Under the pieces are notes generated by a model. It was not told the DNA's origin, made no database searches, and worked only from the letters and a program-made list of their open reading frames with translations. Shown piece by piece: positions 1 to 7,723 of a stretch of 46,551 nucleotides of DNA; positions within the stretch are counted from its first letter, which is position 1, and each line of letters begins with the position of its first letter. The stretch comes from a virus, in IMG/VR virus record IMGVR_UViG_3300029578_000018; one strand, 5' to 3'. Made by a program: the position numbers and the translations under genes.

Positions 1-112
1 TAATCCACCACGCGCCGCCCCCCCCAATTGTCATTGCCGCCATCAACAGCGGCCCGAAGATCAGAGAGGGAATAGTTGTCCATTTCAAAACTCCTTTCTT
101 GAAATTTTTATA
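1..112. repeat. Terminal direct repeat, copy 1 (identical to 46440..46551)
   Basis: Base-for-base identity read directly. It duplicates the first 29 codons of ORF 45922..46527. Confidence 0.95.
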
Positions 113-132
113 ATAAACCGTTGCGCACCGGC

Positions 133-348
133 TTATTTCAGGAATCTCATAAACTCCTTGGCTTGCTGCTGGAGCTGCTGGAACTGCTGCGGGTTCATCT
201 TTCCCGATTGCAGCATTTGTTCCACTTGTTCCTTTGCCCGCTGCGGGGTCATACCAGCCGCGAACTTGCGGAACTCCATCAACATTGCGAGAGGGTTATT
301 CAGGCTTTTTGCGTTTTGCTGGAGCATCTGAATCATCGGATTTGGCAT
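133..348 (-). CDS. Small Gln-rich helical protein, unknown function (71 aa)
   Basis: GGAGG lies 9 nt upstream of the ATG. The ORF overlaps the upstream ORF out of frame by 53 nt. Confidence 0.6.
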   Translation of the reverse strand: MPNPMIQMLQQNAKSLNNPLAMLMEFRKFAAGMTPQRAKEQVEQMLQSGKMNPQQFQQLQQQAKEFMRFLK

Positions 349-658
349 TTAGCATTTCCTCCAATCTTTTCACGCGTTCTTCCAAACTGGTAACATCTAC
401 CTTCGCGGGGTCTTGATACGGCGCAATGCTGTATGGAGTAACAGTACAATACCCCGCCCCGTCGCTGACCTTGAGCCACACAACCGGGTCATTCTCGTCC
501 AGGAGTAAGATGGAACTGTTGGGTGCCATGCGGAACGCATCTGCCCCGTTTCTGCCGTTTACTCTGGTGATTTGGCACGCTTGCTGTGATGCTTGCCCGT
601 ATTGCCCCATGTATGGGGCACCATATCCCTGCTGATATTGGTTGTTGAATCCGTACAT
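296..658 (-). CDS. Hypothetical protein with Q/Y/G-rich N-terminus and C-terminal coiled coil (120 aa)
   Basis: The track ORF is 296..745. I place the start at ATG 658 (MYGFNNQ...) because AAAGGAGGG lies 6 nt upstream. Confidence 0.65.
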   Translation of the reverse strand: MYGFNNQYQQGYGAPYMGQYGQASQQACQITRVNGRNGADAFRMAPNSSILLLDENDPVVWLKVSDGAGYCTVTPYSIAPYQDPAKVDVTSLEERVKRLEEMLNAKSDDSDAPAKRKKPE

Positions 659-752
659 CGCCAGCCCTCCTTTGCTTATATGGTACAAAAAAATCGCCCA
701 TTCAGATGGCCTGTAAAAGGTCTCTGAATGGGCGATCATGTCCAAGTGAGGT

Positions 753-1025
753 CTATTGATTTGTCAGCGCGTCAACAATTTTCGACAATGCCCTGCGGCG
801 GTTTCTCTTGACGCTTTCCGGCGAGACGTGAAGCGCGTTGGAAACTTGGATATAAGACTTTCGGCGGATATCGCACAAAATAATGCACGATTCCTCATCT
901 TCTGGCAAATCGAAAGATTGGACAAATTCCAAAGCTCTCTTAGGAGCCATGCTGGAAATGTAGTACCGAACGGCTTTACGACTATTATCCATGGCAAAAT
1001 AGAAGCCGTGGGCGTGCGGGCGCAA
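753..1025 (-). CDS. Sigma-70 region-4-like HTH regulator (alternative start at 992)
   Basis: The C-terminal segment SYIQVSNALHVSPESVKRNRRRALSKI resembles a sigma region 4.2 HTH. Neither candidate start has a clear RBS. Confidence 0.5.
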   Translation of the reverse strand: MRPHAHGFYFAMDNSRKAVRYYISSMAPKRALEFVQSFDLPEDEESCIILCDIRRKSYIQVSNALHVSPESVKRNRRRALSKIVDALTNQ

Positions 1026-1078
1026 TGCGCGGGCAGGGAGCGCGGCGTTACATCACTCCCCGCCGTCCAGAATGTTTC

Positions 1079-1768
1079 TTACTTCTTCCCCTTCACCACA
1101 AACCCGGTGAACCCTGCCGCTTTCAGCTTTTCCAGCATCCTGTCGGCGTTGGCGCGGACGGCGAAGGCTCCCACCTGGACCCGGTACAGCACCTGTTCGG
1201 CGTCGGCCTTGGGTTCTTCGGCAGGCTTCTGCGTCTGAGCCGGGACGAAGGCCACGCCCAGGTACTTGCACAGACCCTTGGCGATGGCCTCGCCGATCTC
1301 CGTGGTGTGCTCCACGATCCACTTGGCACCCTCCACCGTGTCGTGGAATTCGCACTCACAGTACACCGTGGGAGCCGCAGGGATACGCACCTCGTAAAGG
1401 TTGGGGTTCTTCTGCACGTTCTCGGACGTTCCCGGCGTCAGCGGGGCCAGCTCCGCAAACACCGCCTTGCAGGCGTCATACCCCTTGCCGGGGATGGCGT
1501 AGCAGAACAGCCGGGTGCCCATGACCTTGCCGTTGCAGGCGTTGGTGTGGACGCAGTTGTGGACGTCCGCACCGAAGCTGTTGGACTGGGCGCAGCGCTG
1601 GGCCATGGTGGAACCCAGAGCCGCCACCTGCACCTCCACGCCGCTGCGGCGCAGGGCCGCCGCCTCCGCCTCGGCGATCTTCTGGCACTGGACGTGCTCG
1701 TTGGTGTTGCCCCAGGCGTAAGCGTTGCTCACCTGGTCGCTGGGGCTGATGTAGACCTTCTTACTCAT
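1079..1768 (-). CDS. Endolysin: N-acetylmuramoyl-L-alanine amidase with C-terminal SPOR domain
   Basis: The N-terminus is amidase-like (KVYISPSDQ...VHTNA). The C-terminus YRVQVGAFAVRANADRMLEKLKAAGFTGFVV is SPOR-like. The gene sits directly after the holin. Confidence 0.85.
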   Translation of the reverse strand: MSKKVYISPSDQVSNAYAWGNTNEHVQCQKIAEAEAAALRRSGVEVQVAALGSTMAQRCAQSNSFGADVHNCVHTNACNGKVMGTRLFCYAIPGKGYDACKAVFAELAPLTPGTSENVQKNPNLYEVRIPAAPTVYCECEFHDTVEGAKWIVEHTTEIGEAIAKGLCKYLGVAFVPAQTQKPAEEPKADAEQVLYRVQVGAFAVRANADRMLEKLKAAGFTGFVVKGKK

Positions 1769-2231
1769 CGCTATTCTCCTCTCCCGGCAGGTTCTCCTCT
1801 GCCGTGTCCTCAGTGTGTACCTTCAGCTTTTTTAGCAGGGCCTGCAAAAAGCCCGGCACCGGTGCGCCAATGGCCGAAACGTTCTCCAGGATGGACAGCA
1901 GCTCGTTGATCACCAGCCAGATGATGACGATGCTGGCAAACAGGAACTCCACCGGCCAGTCCCAGCCCAGGGTGTCGGCTCCGTAACGCAGCAGCCAGTC
2001 TACCACAGCGGCCACGGTGACGATGACCAAGTAGCCCACCTTCTTCAGGATGCCCCGCAGGCCCACCCGGGAGGACAGTTCCCCGGCGTTCCATGCCTTG
2101 GTCATGCCCGTGGCGTAGTCCAGCAGCATAACCACCACCAGCACCAGCACCGGCACCAGCAGCTGCACCCCGTAGGCACACAGTGCCCCCAGGGCGGCCG
2201 CCAGCACGGCCTTGATCGTGTTCTCTTTCAT
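1761..2231 (-). CDS. Holin (Phage_holin_4_1 / LL-H-type)
   Basis: Multi-TM protein with LLDYATGM...LSSRVGLRGILKK...INELLSILENVSAIGAPVP, the pattern of this holin family. It overlaps the endolysin start. Confidence 0.85.
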   Translation of the reverse strand: MKENTIKAVLAAALGALCAYGVQLLVPVLVLVVVMLLDYATGMTKAWNAGELSSRVGLRGILKKVGYLVIVTVAAVVDWLLRYGADTLGWDWPVEFLFASIVIIWLVINELLSILENVSAIGAPVPGFLQALLKKLKVHTEDTAEENLPGEENSDE

Positions 2232-2353
2232 GTAAAATCTCCTTTCAATTTGTGATTTTTACTGTATTTTGTTCCGCATGTTTGGCTATTTTGCCGATTA
2301 CGCCGCCCCGGGGGCCTTGATCGTGTTTTCTTTTATACCGCATACCTACTCGA

Positions 2354-4228
2354 TTAAAAAATTTCCTCATTCACCGTAATAATGAGTCCATTTATATCGA
2401 CAGTAGACGGAAACGAAATCCGGAACATATTCGGGTTTGGCGTTTTAAGGGTGAAAGAAATGATGTCATTTGCCGCATCGTAGGCATAATCGGTGGAGTT
2501 CTTGACATAAACCGCACCATACCAACTCGCCCCATTATCGGTACTATAAACAACGCGTCCATCGTTCGCTGTAGGACTTCCGATTCCCTTAATCCTGACT
2601 GTAGAAGTCGAACCTGCTACATAGCTAATATTGTTCGAGACATTCCACGCGCTGTTGGCCTCCAGTTGTCCGCTGGAATTGATTCTTTGCCCCGAATACA
2701 TTTTGCTTGCGTCGAACAAGTTGGTATAATTGGGCGCTGTGGCCACGGCTGTTACGGTAATTGCAATATCCCCAGTCACGTTCGGGATAGCGATCTTTCC
2801 GTTAGAATAATATGTTGCTGACATATCTATACCTCCCATCATAATTTTCACTGCCGCTCCGTCCAAGGTGCATCCGGTGGCCGCCGTGATCGTTGCGCCA
2901 TAGCCTTCGCCGTCGATCACAGCCTTTTTGCGGTTATTAGTGGCGCAGTTTGTCAGGCTTGCTGTGACCGCGTGCCGCATATTCGTCCGCTGCCCGGAGA
3001 ATACGGCGGACGTGATGTCCACACCGCCCATGGTGACCTTTACGCTGCTGATAACCTTACCGTCCGCCGGTTCGATCTTCGTCTCATACGGCTGGTACTG
3101 TGTGGCCGACGCTGCACTGTTATCCGCAGTAGCCCCAGCAAGCGCCCGGGATACTGTATAACTGCTGACCGTTGGCGACAATGTTTCCGGCGTCCCGTCG
3201 ATCATAGCGGCGCGGAATGCGTTTATCTGCTCTGCTGTGATTCCGCACGACAAGACAAAATTCACGCATTTATCCCGGAATGTGGCACCCGGCAATGCTG
3301 CGATGCCGGAGATAAACTGCTTGTATCCAGTTTCTGCGACAGTTCCTGTTTCTTCCGCTGTTCTTCCGCATCTTTTACGCAGGTAACAGTTATCTCCGCT
3401 GCCTGTGAAGGAGGTCATTTCGTAGTCCTTATCGCAATCAGATTGTGACACGCCGAGGATTCCCTCCAGAATACAAACGACCGTGCCCGTGCGATCTGCC
3501 CCGGCAGAACAGTGGACATAGACCGGTTTCCCATGGCAAGCGCAAGACATTGCGAATTCAAGCGCTTCCTTTGCCTGCGGTTTATTGTTAAGAATCGCAG
3601 AGTAATAAGCCCAGTAGGAGCCATTCAAAGGGCAGCAATAATCCACTTTCCCAGCAAGGACGTTAGAGTTGCCGCCTTCCGTTCCCTGTAGCTCCAACTC
3701 AGCTCTTATTCCGACTTCCCCAGTAAGCAAAGTTGCGTCTGCTTGAGCGGGTTCAGCACCACGGAATATTTTCCCGTATTTGACAGTGCCACCGTCACAA
3801 GCCCAGCCGCCAATATCACGGACATTTTGTGTCTGCGAGGTGTTGACCCATCGGACCTGGTCTAAAGGCTTGAGTGTTCCTGCCTTATGAGTGGTGGCAA
3901 ACGGGGTCAGGACATTCGGCGGCTCATTGTAAAAGGTTTTGCCGTCAACGACTTTCCCGATGGGCTTGGTGTTGCTCTGGACAGCCGCAGCAGGCGCATA
4001 GTCGGCAATCTGTGACGTGCTGTAGTCGCTTGGGTCATAGGTCACGTTGGCAAGGTAATTGCGTACCGCTTCCGGGCACTGATGCCACTGCACATCCTCC
4101 GCGCCGGTGAGGGCCTGGACGGCCCCGGCCATTTCGGCGATTTTATAGGTGGCCGTACTGCCGTTTTTGGCTCGGATGGCATTTGCGATGGCCTGGACGC
4201 TTGCCTCCTCATAGAGCTTCTTTGCCAT
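2354..4228 (-). CDS. Tail fibre / receptor-binding-position protein with an internal CX5R tyrosine-phosphatase-like domain
   Basis: Last structural gene before the holin. It has a fibre-like N-terminus and HCSAGADRTG (aa 239-248, nt 3485..3514). NVRDIGGW...GKIFRG upstream resembles the Y_phosphatase3 family. Two tandem Ig-like repeats (...MGG[VI]D[IM][ST]...) and a C-terminal lectin-like region follow. Confidence 0.7.
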   Translation of the reverse strand: MAKKLYEEASVQAIANAIRAKNGSTATYKIAEMAGAVQALTGAEDVQWHQCPEAVRNYLANVTYDPSDYSTSQIADYAPAAAVQSNTKPIGKVVDGKTFYNEPPNVLTPFATTHKAGTLKPLDQVRWVNTSQTQNVRDIGGWACDGGTVKYGKIFRGAEPAQADATLLTGEVGIRAELELQGTEGGNSNVLAGKVDYCCPLNGSYWAYYSAILNNKPQAKEALEFAMSCACHGKPVYVHCSAGADRTGTVVCILEGILGVSQSDCDKDYEMTSFTGSGDNCYLRKRCGRTAEETGTVAETGYKQFISGIAALPGATFRDKCVNFVLSCGITAEQINAFRAAMIDGTPETLSPTVSSYTVSRALAGATADNSAASATQYQPYETKIEPADGKVISSVKVTMGGVDITSAVFSGQRTNMRHAVTASLTNCATNNRKKAVIDGEGYGATITAATGCTLDGAAVKIMMGGIDMSATYYSNGKIAIPNVTGDIAITVTAVATAPNYTNLFDASKMYSGQRINSSGQLEANSAWNVSNNISYVAGSTSTVRIKGIGSPTANDGRVVYSTDNGASWYGAVYVKNSTDYAYDAANDIISFTLKTPNPNMFRISFPSTVDINGLIITVNEEIF

Positions 4229-4365
4229 CAGTAGCTCACCTCCGTCCCATCGGCGATAGCGTCGATTTTCCCCGCCACCCGGATAATCTCATCCTGGATA
4301 GCATTCAGCTGGGCGGCAGTGATAACCGTTACGTTATCCTCGTACACCACTTTTTCAAGAGCCAT
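4228..4365 (-). CDS. Small ORF (45 aa, MALEKVVYEDNVTVITAAQLNAIQDEI...), below the track cutoff
   Basis: Translated by hand. Its stop overlaps the ATG of the 624-aa ORF (ATGA). Its start overlaps the upstream ORF by 11 nt. Confidence 0.45.
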   Translation of the reverse strand: MALEKVVYEDNVTVITAAQLNAIQDEIIRVAGKIDAIADGTEVSY

Positions 4366-4906
4366 TTTCAACCACCTCCACATAGATTCCCACCAACGCA
4401 CTCAAGGCATGATACACGGGGTTCCCGGTATCTCGGATACACTTGTATAATACGCCGTCCTGGGTGTAATACTTCCCGGCCTCTAATGCCATATTGCCGT
4501 TGTAGGGGATAGCATCGTATTTCGTGCCATCGTGCTGTTCACAGATTTCCTCCCAGAGGGATTCTGTCCCGGCAGAGCCGGGCGCCCAGTCATCCTGGGA
4601 AGTGTGTTCCTGGCGGAGCTTCCAGAGCTTCCCGGCCCGGACTACCTTATAGCCCACCGGGCAACCATTTTCAGCCGTGTAGGCCTTCCCGCTTTCCCAT
4701 TCGGGATAGAATGCTGCCATACGGAGGGCCGTTGCATCGTCCACGGTTAGGGTGTTCACCTGCTGGCGGATGAGCATAGCCTGGACTTCCTCGGTGGATA
4801 GGGGACGGTGCTTTTCTTCTGCCTCGTAGCGGAGGCGAGCCTCTTCCATTTCCGTGATTTCTTCCGGGGTGGCCTCCCGGATTATGCCGTTTTTGTAGAT
4901 TTTCAT
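4355..4906 (-). CDS. Tail-associated protein with CBM5/12-like motif (183 aa)
   Basis: GKLWKLRQEHTSQDDWAPG....SLWEEI resembles the carbohydrate-binding module 5/12 signature. The start is set at ATG 4906 (GGAGG 10 nt upstream, ATGA overlap with the upstream stop). Confidence 0.6.
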   Translation of the reverse strand: MKIYKNGIIREATPEEITEMEEARLRYEAEEKHRPLSTEEVQAMLIRQQVNTLTVDDATALRMAAFYPEWESGKAYTAENGCPVGYKVVRAGKLWKLRQEHTSQDDWAPGSAGTESLWEEICEQHDGTKYDAIPYNGNMALEAGKYYTQDGVLYKCIRDTGNPVYHALSALVGIYVEVVENGS

Positions 4907-5985
4907 CGTGCCCATACCTCCAATTTTCCTGATACCGGGGAATATTGGTCCGTAGTTCCCCTAAGCTTTAACGTAGTAGCTTCGCCTACACTTTCAGTGA
5001 GATTCCAAACGGAGTTCAGGGACATTCTTGAATTTAACCCGGAAGATATAGAGCCACCTGATATTTCAATCAGCCAAAAAAGGCCGGTATACTTACAATG
5101 CGTCCAGCCATATCTGGATACTCCAGCCTTTGCCACCACGCTTCCAACTCCGGCTGTACCAATTTCCTTCCCATTGATTACGAGATTCAATCCTGAATCT
5201 GTTTGCGATTCGTTTTGTAAATTACTCCATCGGATATGGAACTCTGTTGCTCCACCAAGGTTATCTGCGATAAAGCTATGTGTTCTTTCTGTGATTTCTA
5301 CGTCAATAATCTTTGTCCAGGATTTTTCTCCGCCTCCGCCCGGCATATCTGCCGGTTCCCACGCCGTAGGTACGCCACTGTCGTCGACTTCGGAGATTTT
5401 GGCGATTTGGCCGACGGTTGCACCGGTGACGTCCATCCCCGCGCCCGTGTCGCCCTTGGGGCCTTTCAGATCGGCCAGGGCAATCACGTTTTCCCAGGTT
5501 TTCCCATCGCCGGAGAACTGGATATAGCCGCCCTCCACCCGCATGGACGCAGAGGCCGCAGGATGCTCCGCCAGGTAGTCCTCCACGGCTTTGGCGATAT
5601 CCTCCGGGGAGACGGTAGAAAGCTCGTTGAGTTTGGCCATGATCTGCGCATATACGTCTTCCGCCGGGGCGGCAGGAGCGCCGCCGGGAGTAAGCACGGA
5701 GGACAGCGCCAGAAGCCGGGCCGCCCGGGTAGTGCGGATATCTCCGGCATACAAGCCCACGGACGCCCACCCCGGCGTGCTGAGCACCGGCAGAACCGCC
5801 GTATTGCCGGGGAATACCACGTCCTGATAGGTGCCGTCCGCCAGGTTCACCCGCATGGTCTTGGTGTCGTAAGGCGTCCATTCCTCGTCCAGGTCCCACA
5901 CCACCGTGTAGTCGCTGTTGTTGCAGATAATCACGCCCTCGCCCTCGGCGCATTTGTTGCACACCTTGATGTTGATTTCGGGCAT
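4903..5985 (-). CDS. Tail fibre protein with a short collagen-like triplet run (GPKGDTGAG)
   Basis: 360-aa ORF in the fibre cluster, with a G-X-Y run at aa ~175. Confidence 0.65.
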   Translation of the reverse strand: MPEINIKVCNKCAEGEGVIICNNSDYTVVWDLDEEWTPYDTKTMRVNLADGTYQDVVFPGNTAVLPVLSTPGWASVGLYAGDIRTTRAARLLALSSVLTPGGAPAAPAEDVYAQIMAKLNELSTVSPEDIAKAVEDYLAEHPAASASMRVEGGYIQFSGDGKTWENVIALADLKGPKGDTGAGMDVTGATVGQIAKISEVDDSGVPTAWEPADMPGGGGEKSWTKIIDVEITERTHSFIADNLGGATEFHIRWSNLQNESQTDSGLNLVINGKEIGTAGVGSVVAKAGVSRYGWTHCKYTGLFWLIEISGGSISSGLNSRMSLNSVWNLTESVGEATTLKLRGTTDQYSPVSGKLEVWAR

Positions 5986-5995
5986 TTTTCCCTCC

Positions 5996-7723
5996 TTAAG
6001 CCGTCCTGCGCCATGTGTACACGGCCAGGTACGGCGGCATATTGTTGTGGGCTTGGCCGCCGCAGTTAGACGTAGCCTTGCCCGTGTAAGCGTTGGCGGT
6101 GCCGCTGGGAGACACGATCTTGATGGCCCCGGTGCCGGTGGCGTCGCTCTGGCCCGTGTAATCGTAGCCGTGAGTGTGGTTTGCCATCTCCGCCGCCGTC
6201 AAGACGTGCTCCTCCTCGCCGCCGGTGGAGCCAGCCGCATGGGATTCACCCGCCGCCAGCAGGAATACGTCCTTGACCTGCTCCCACGTCCCGCCGAACA
6301 GTTCCGCTGGGGAGGTGGAATCTGTGGACTGGAAGATGCTGCCAACGGGGTGGAGATAATCCAGGAGAGTTTTCCCCAAATACAGGATGGGCCATTTAAA
6401 CTCTGCCACCTTTTCGTGTTCGGCCACGCCGCCGAAACAAACCCCGGGCAGGGTAAAGTTCATGTTCATGGGCACCGAAACGGTGGGGATAGTGATTTCC
6501 CGCGTTACCGTGGTGCCCAGGGAGTCCGTAGCTTTGACCTGTACAACACTGGTCGTGTCCGTGCCAAAGGACACCAAATGCACGGTCTTTGCACCGCTGG
6601 TCTGGTCGGTCAGCGTGGACGCGCCGGTAATCTCCACAGATGCCTTGTTCCCGGTCAGCTGGAGGGACAGGGCGAACGTCAGTTTGATATCTGCGCCCAT
6701 GGCGTTATCCGTCCACACGCTTCCTGTGTAAGAGCCGCGCACAAAGGTCAAATCCTGGATTCCAGGGCCGCTGTAGGCGTTTACGGTGATGTTCCGGGTA
6801 ACGGATGCCGTGCGCCCTCTGCTGTCCGTGACGGTGGCCACAACGGCCATTGTGCCGCTTCCTGTAAGGGCATTCGCTCCGTCCGGGATGGCGACTTTCC
6901 CGCCGATGGTCAGAGACTTGGCCTTGATGGTGCTCCCGTAAGACCCGGCAGCGGAAAACGTGGCTTTCAGAGCGCTCTTGCCCTGCACCCAGCCGTATGT
7001 GGGCTGATACCCGGAGGTGTCGGACAGACTCACGGACAGGGTGGGTTTTACCGATGCAGGAATGGATGCCGTCAGTGTGGTCGTATTGGTGCCCACCACG
7101 GCGTCCCCGTTGTAGGTGGTAATTTCCGCCGTAATGTTTACGGAGATTCCAGACGTATTCTGCGCGGCCCAATCCAATGGCGGCGTATACGATATGGATG
7201 TGGCGCTGGATTTTGTCACCACAGTTACCTGTGCCGCAGAGCCACATTTGAGCTTGATGGTGTGCGTAAAAGTGCTCACGGCCCGGGTCACTGCAAGCGT
7301 ACCGGCAGAACCCAGCACAAGTCCGGATGCTGACACGGATGATGCCCGGGGGATATCCGGGAGATTGACCGTGCCGGAAACCGTCAGGCTGGATGGTGTG
7401 TAGGATGATGTAAATCCGCTGTGCCAGTCCGCAGAAAGCACCACAGACCCCTTGCCCATATTGTTATGAGCCACGGTGATAGACTTGCTGCCCAGCTTGT
7501 ACCAGCCCTTGGAATTGTACCGGTACGGGTTATACACCTTGGTGCCTTGCAGAGTGTAATAGCAACTATTGGCGTCCAGGTTGTAGCTCTCGCCGGTGCC
7601 GTCATAGATGTACAGCGTCAGGGATAGTGTGGACTTGTTGTCCGAAATGCTCTGGGATACGCTGTAATCCAGCCGTAATTGCCAGCCGGTGGAAGATTTT
7701 GCGCCGTAAATGCTTGCCATCAA
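5996..7723 (-). CDS. Tail fibre / baseplate protein (DUF859-like N-terminus, GGTWE...NNMPPY C-terminal module)
   Basis: The N-terminus GWQLRLDYSVSQSISDNKSTLSLTLYIY resembles siphovirus DUF859. The C-terminus LFGGTWEQV...HVLTAAEMANHTH...AHNNMPPYLAVYTWRRTA is a module common in Firmicute phage fibres. Confidence 0.75.
   Translation of the reverse strand: MMASIYGAKSSTGWQLRLDYSVSQSISDNKSTLSLTLYIYDGTGESYNLDANSCYYTLQGTKVYNPYRYNSKGWYKLGSKSITVAHNNMGKGSVVLSADWHSGFTSSYTPSSLTVSGTVNLPDIPRASSVSASGLVLGSAGTLAVTRAVSTFTHTIKLKCGSAAQVTVVTKSSATSISYTPPLDWAAQNTSGISVNITAEITTYNGDAVVGTNTTTLTASIPASVKPTLSVSLSDTSGYQPTYGWVQGKSALKATFSAAGSYGSTIKAKSLTIGGKVAIPDGANALTGSGTMAVVATVTDSRGRTASVTRNITVNAYSGPGIQDLTFVRGSYTGSVWTDNAMGADIKLTFALSLQLTGNKASVEITGASTLTDQTSGAKTVHLVSFGTDTTSVVQVKATDSLGTTVTREITIPTVSVPMNMNFTLPGVCFGGVAEHEKVAEFKWPILYLGKTLLDYLHPVGSIFQSTDSTSPAELFGGTWEQVKDVFLLAAGESHAAGSTGGEEEHVLTAAEMANHTHGYDYTGQSDATGTGAIKIVSPSGTANAYTGKATSNCGGQAHNNMPPYLAVYTWRRTA

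Noticed and set aside
1025-1909. Large antisense ORFs opposite well-supported genes, e.g. 1025..1909, 5236..6069, 5918..7333, 15413..16765, 18536..19597, 36177..37268 and 37558..38649 (all plus strand)
   Set aside because: Their composition is Arg/Gly/His/Pro-rich, typical of the reverse frame of GC-rich coding DNA. They have no RBS, and each lies entirely within a minus-strand gene that has clear family motifs.
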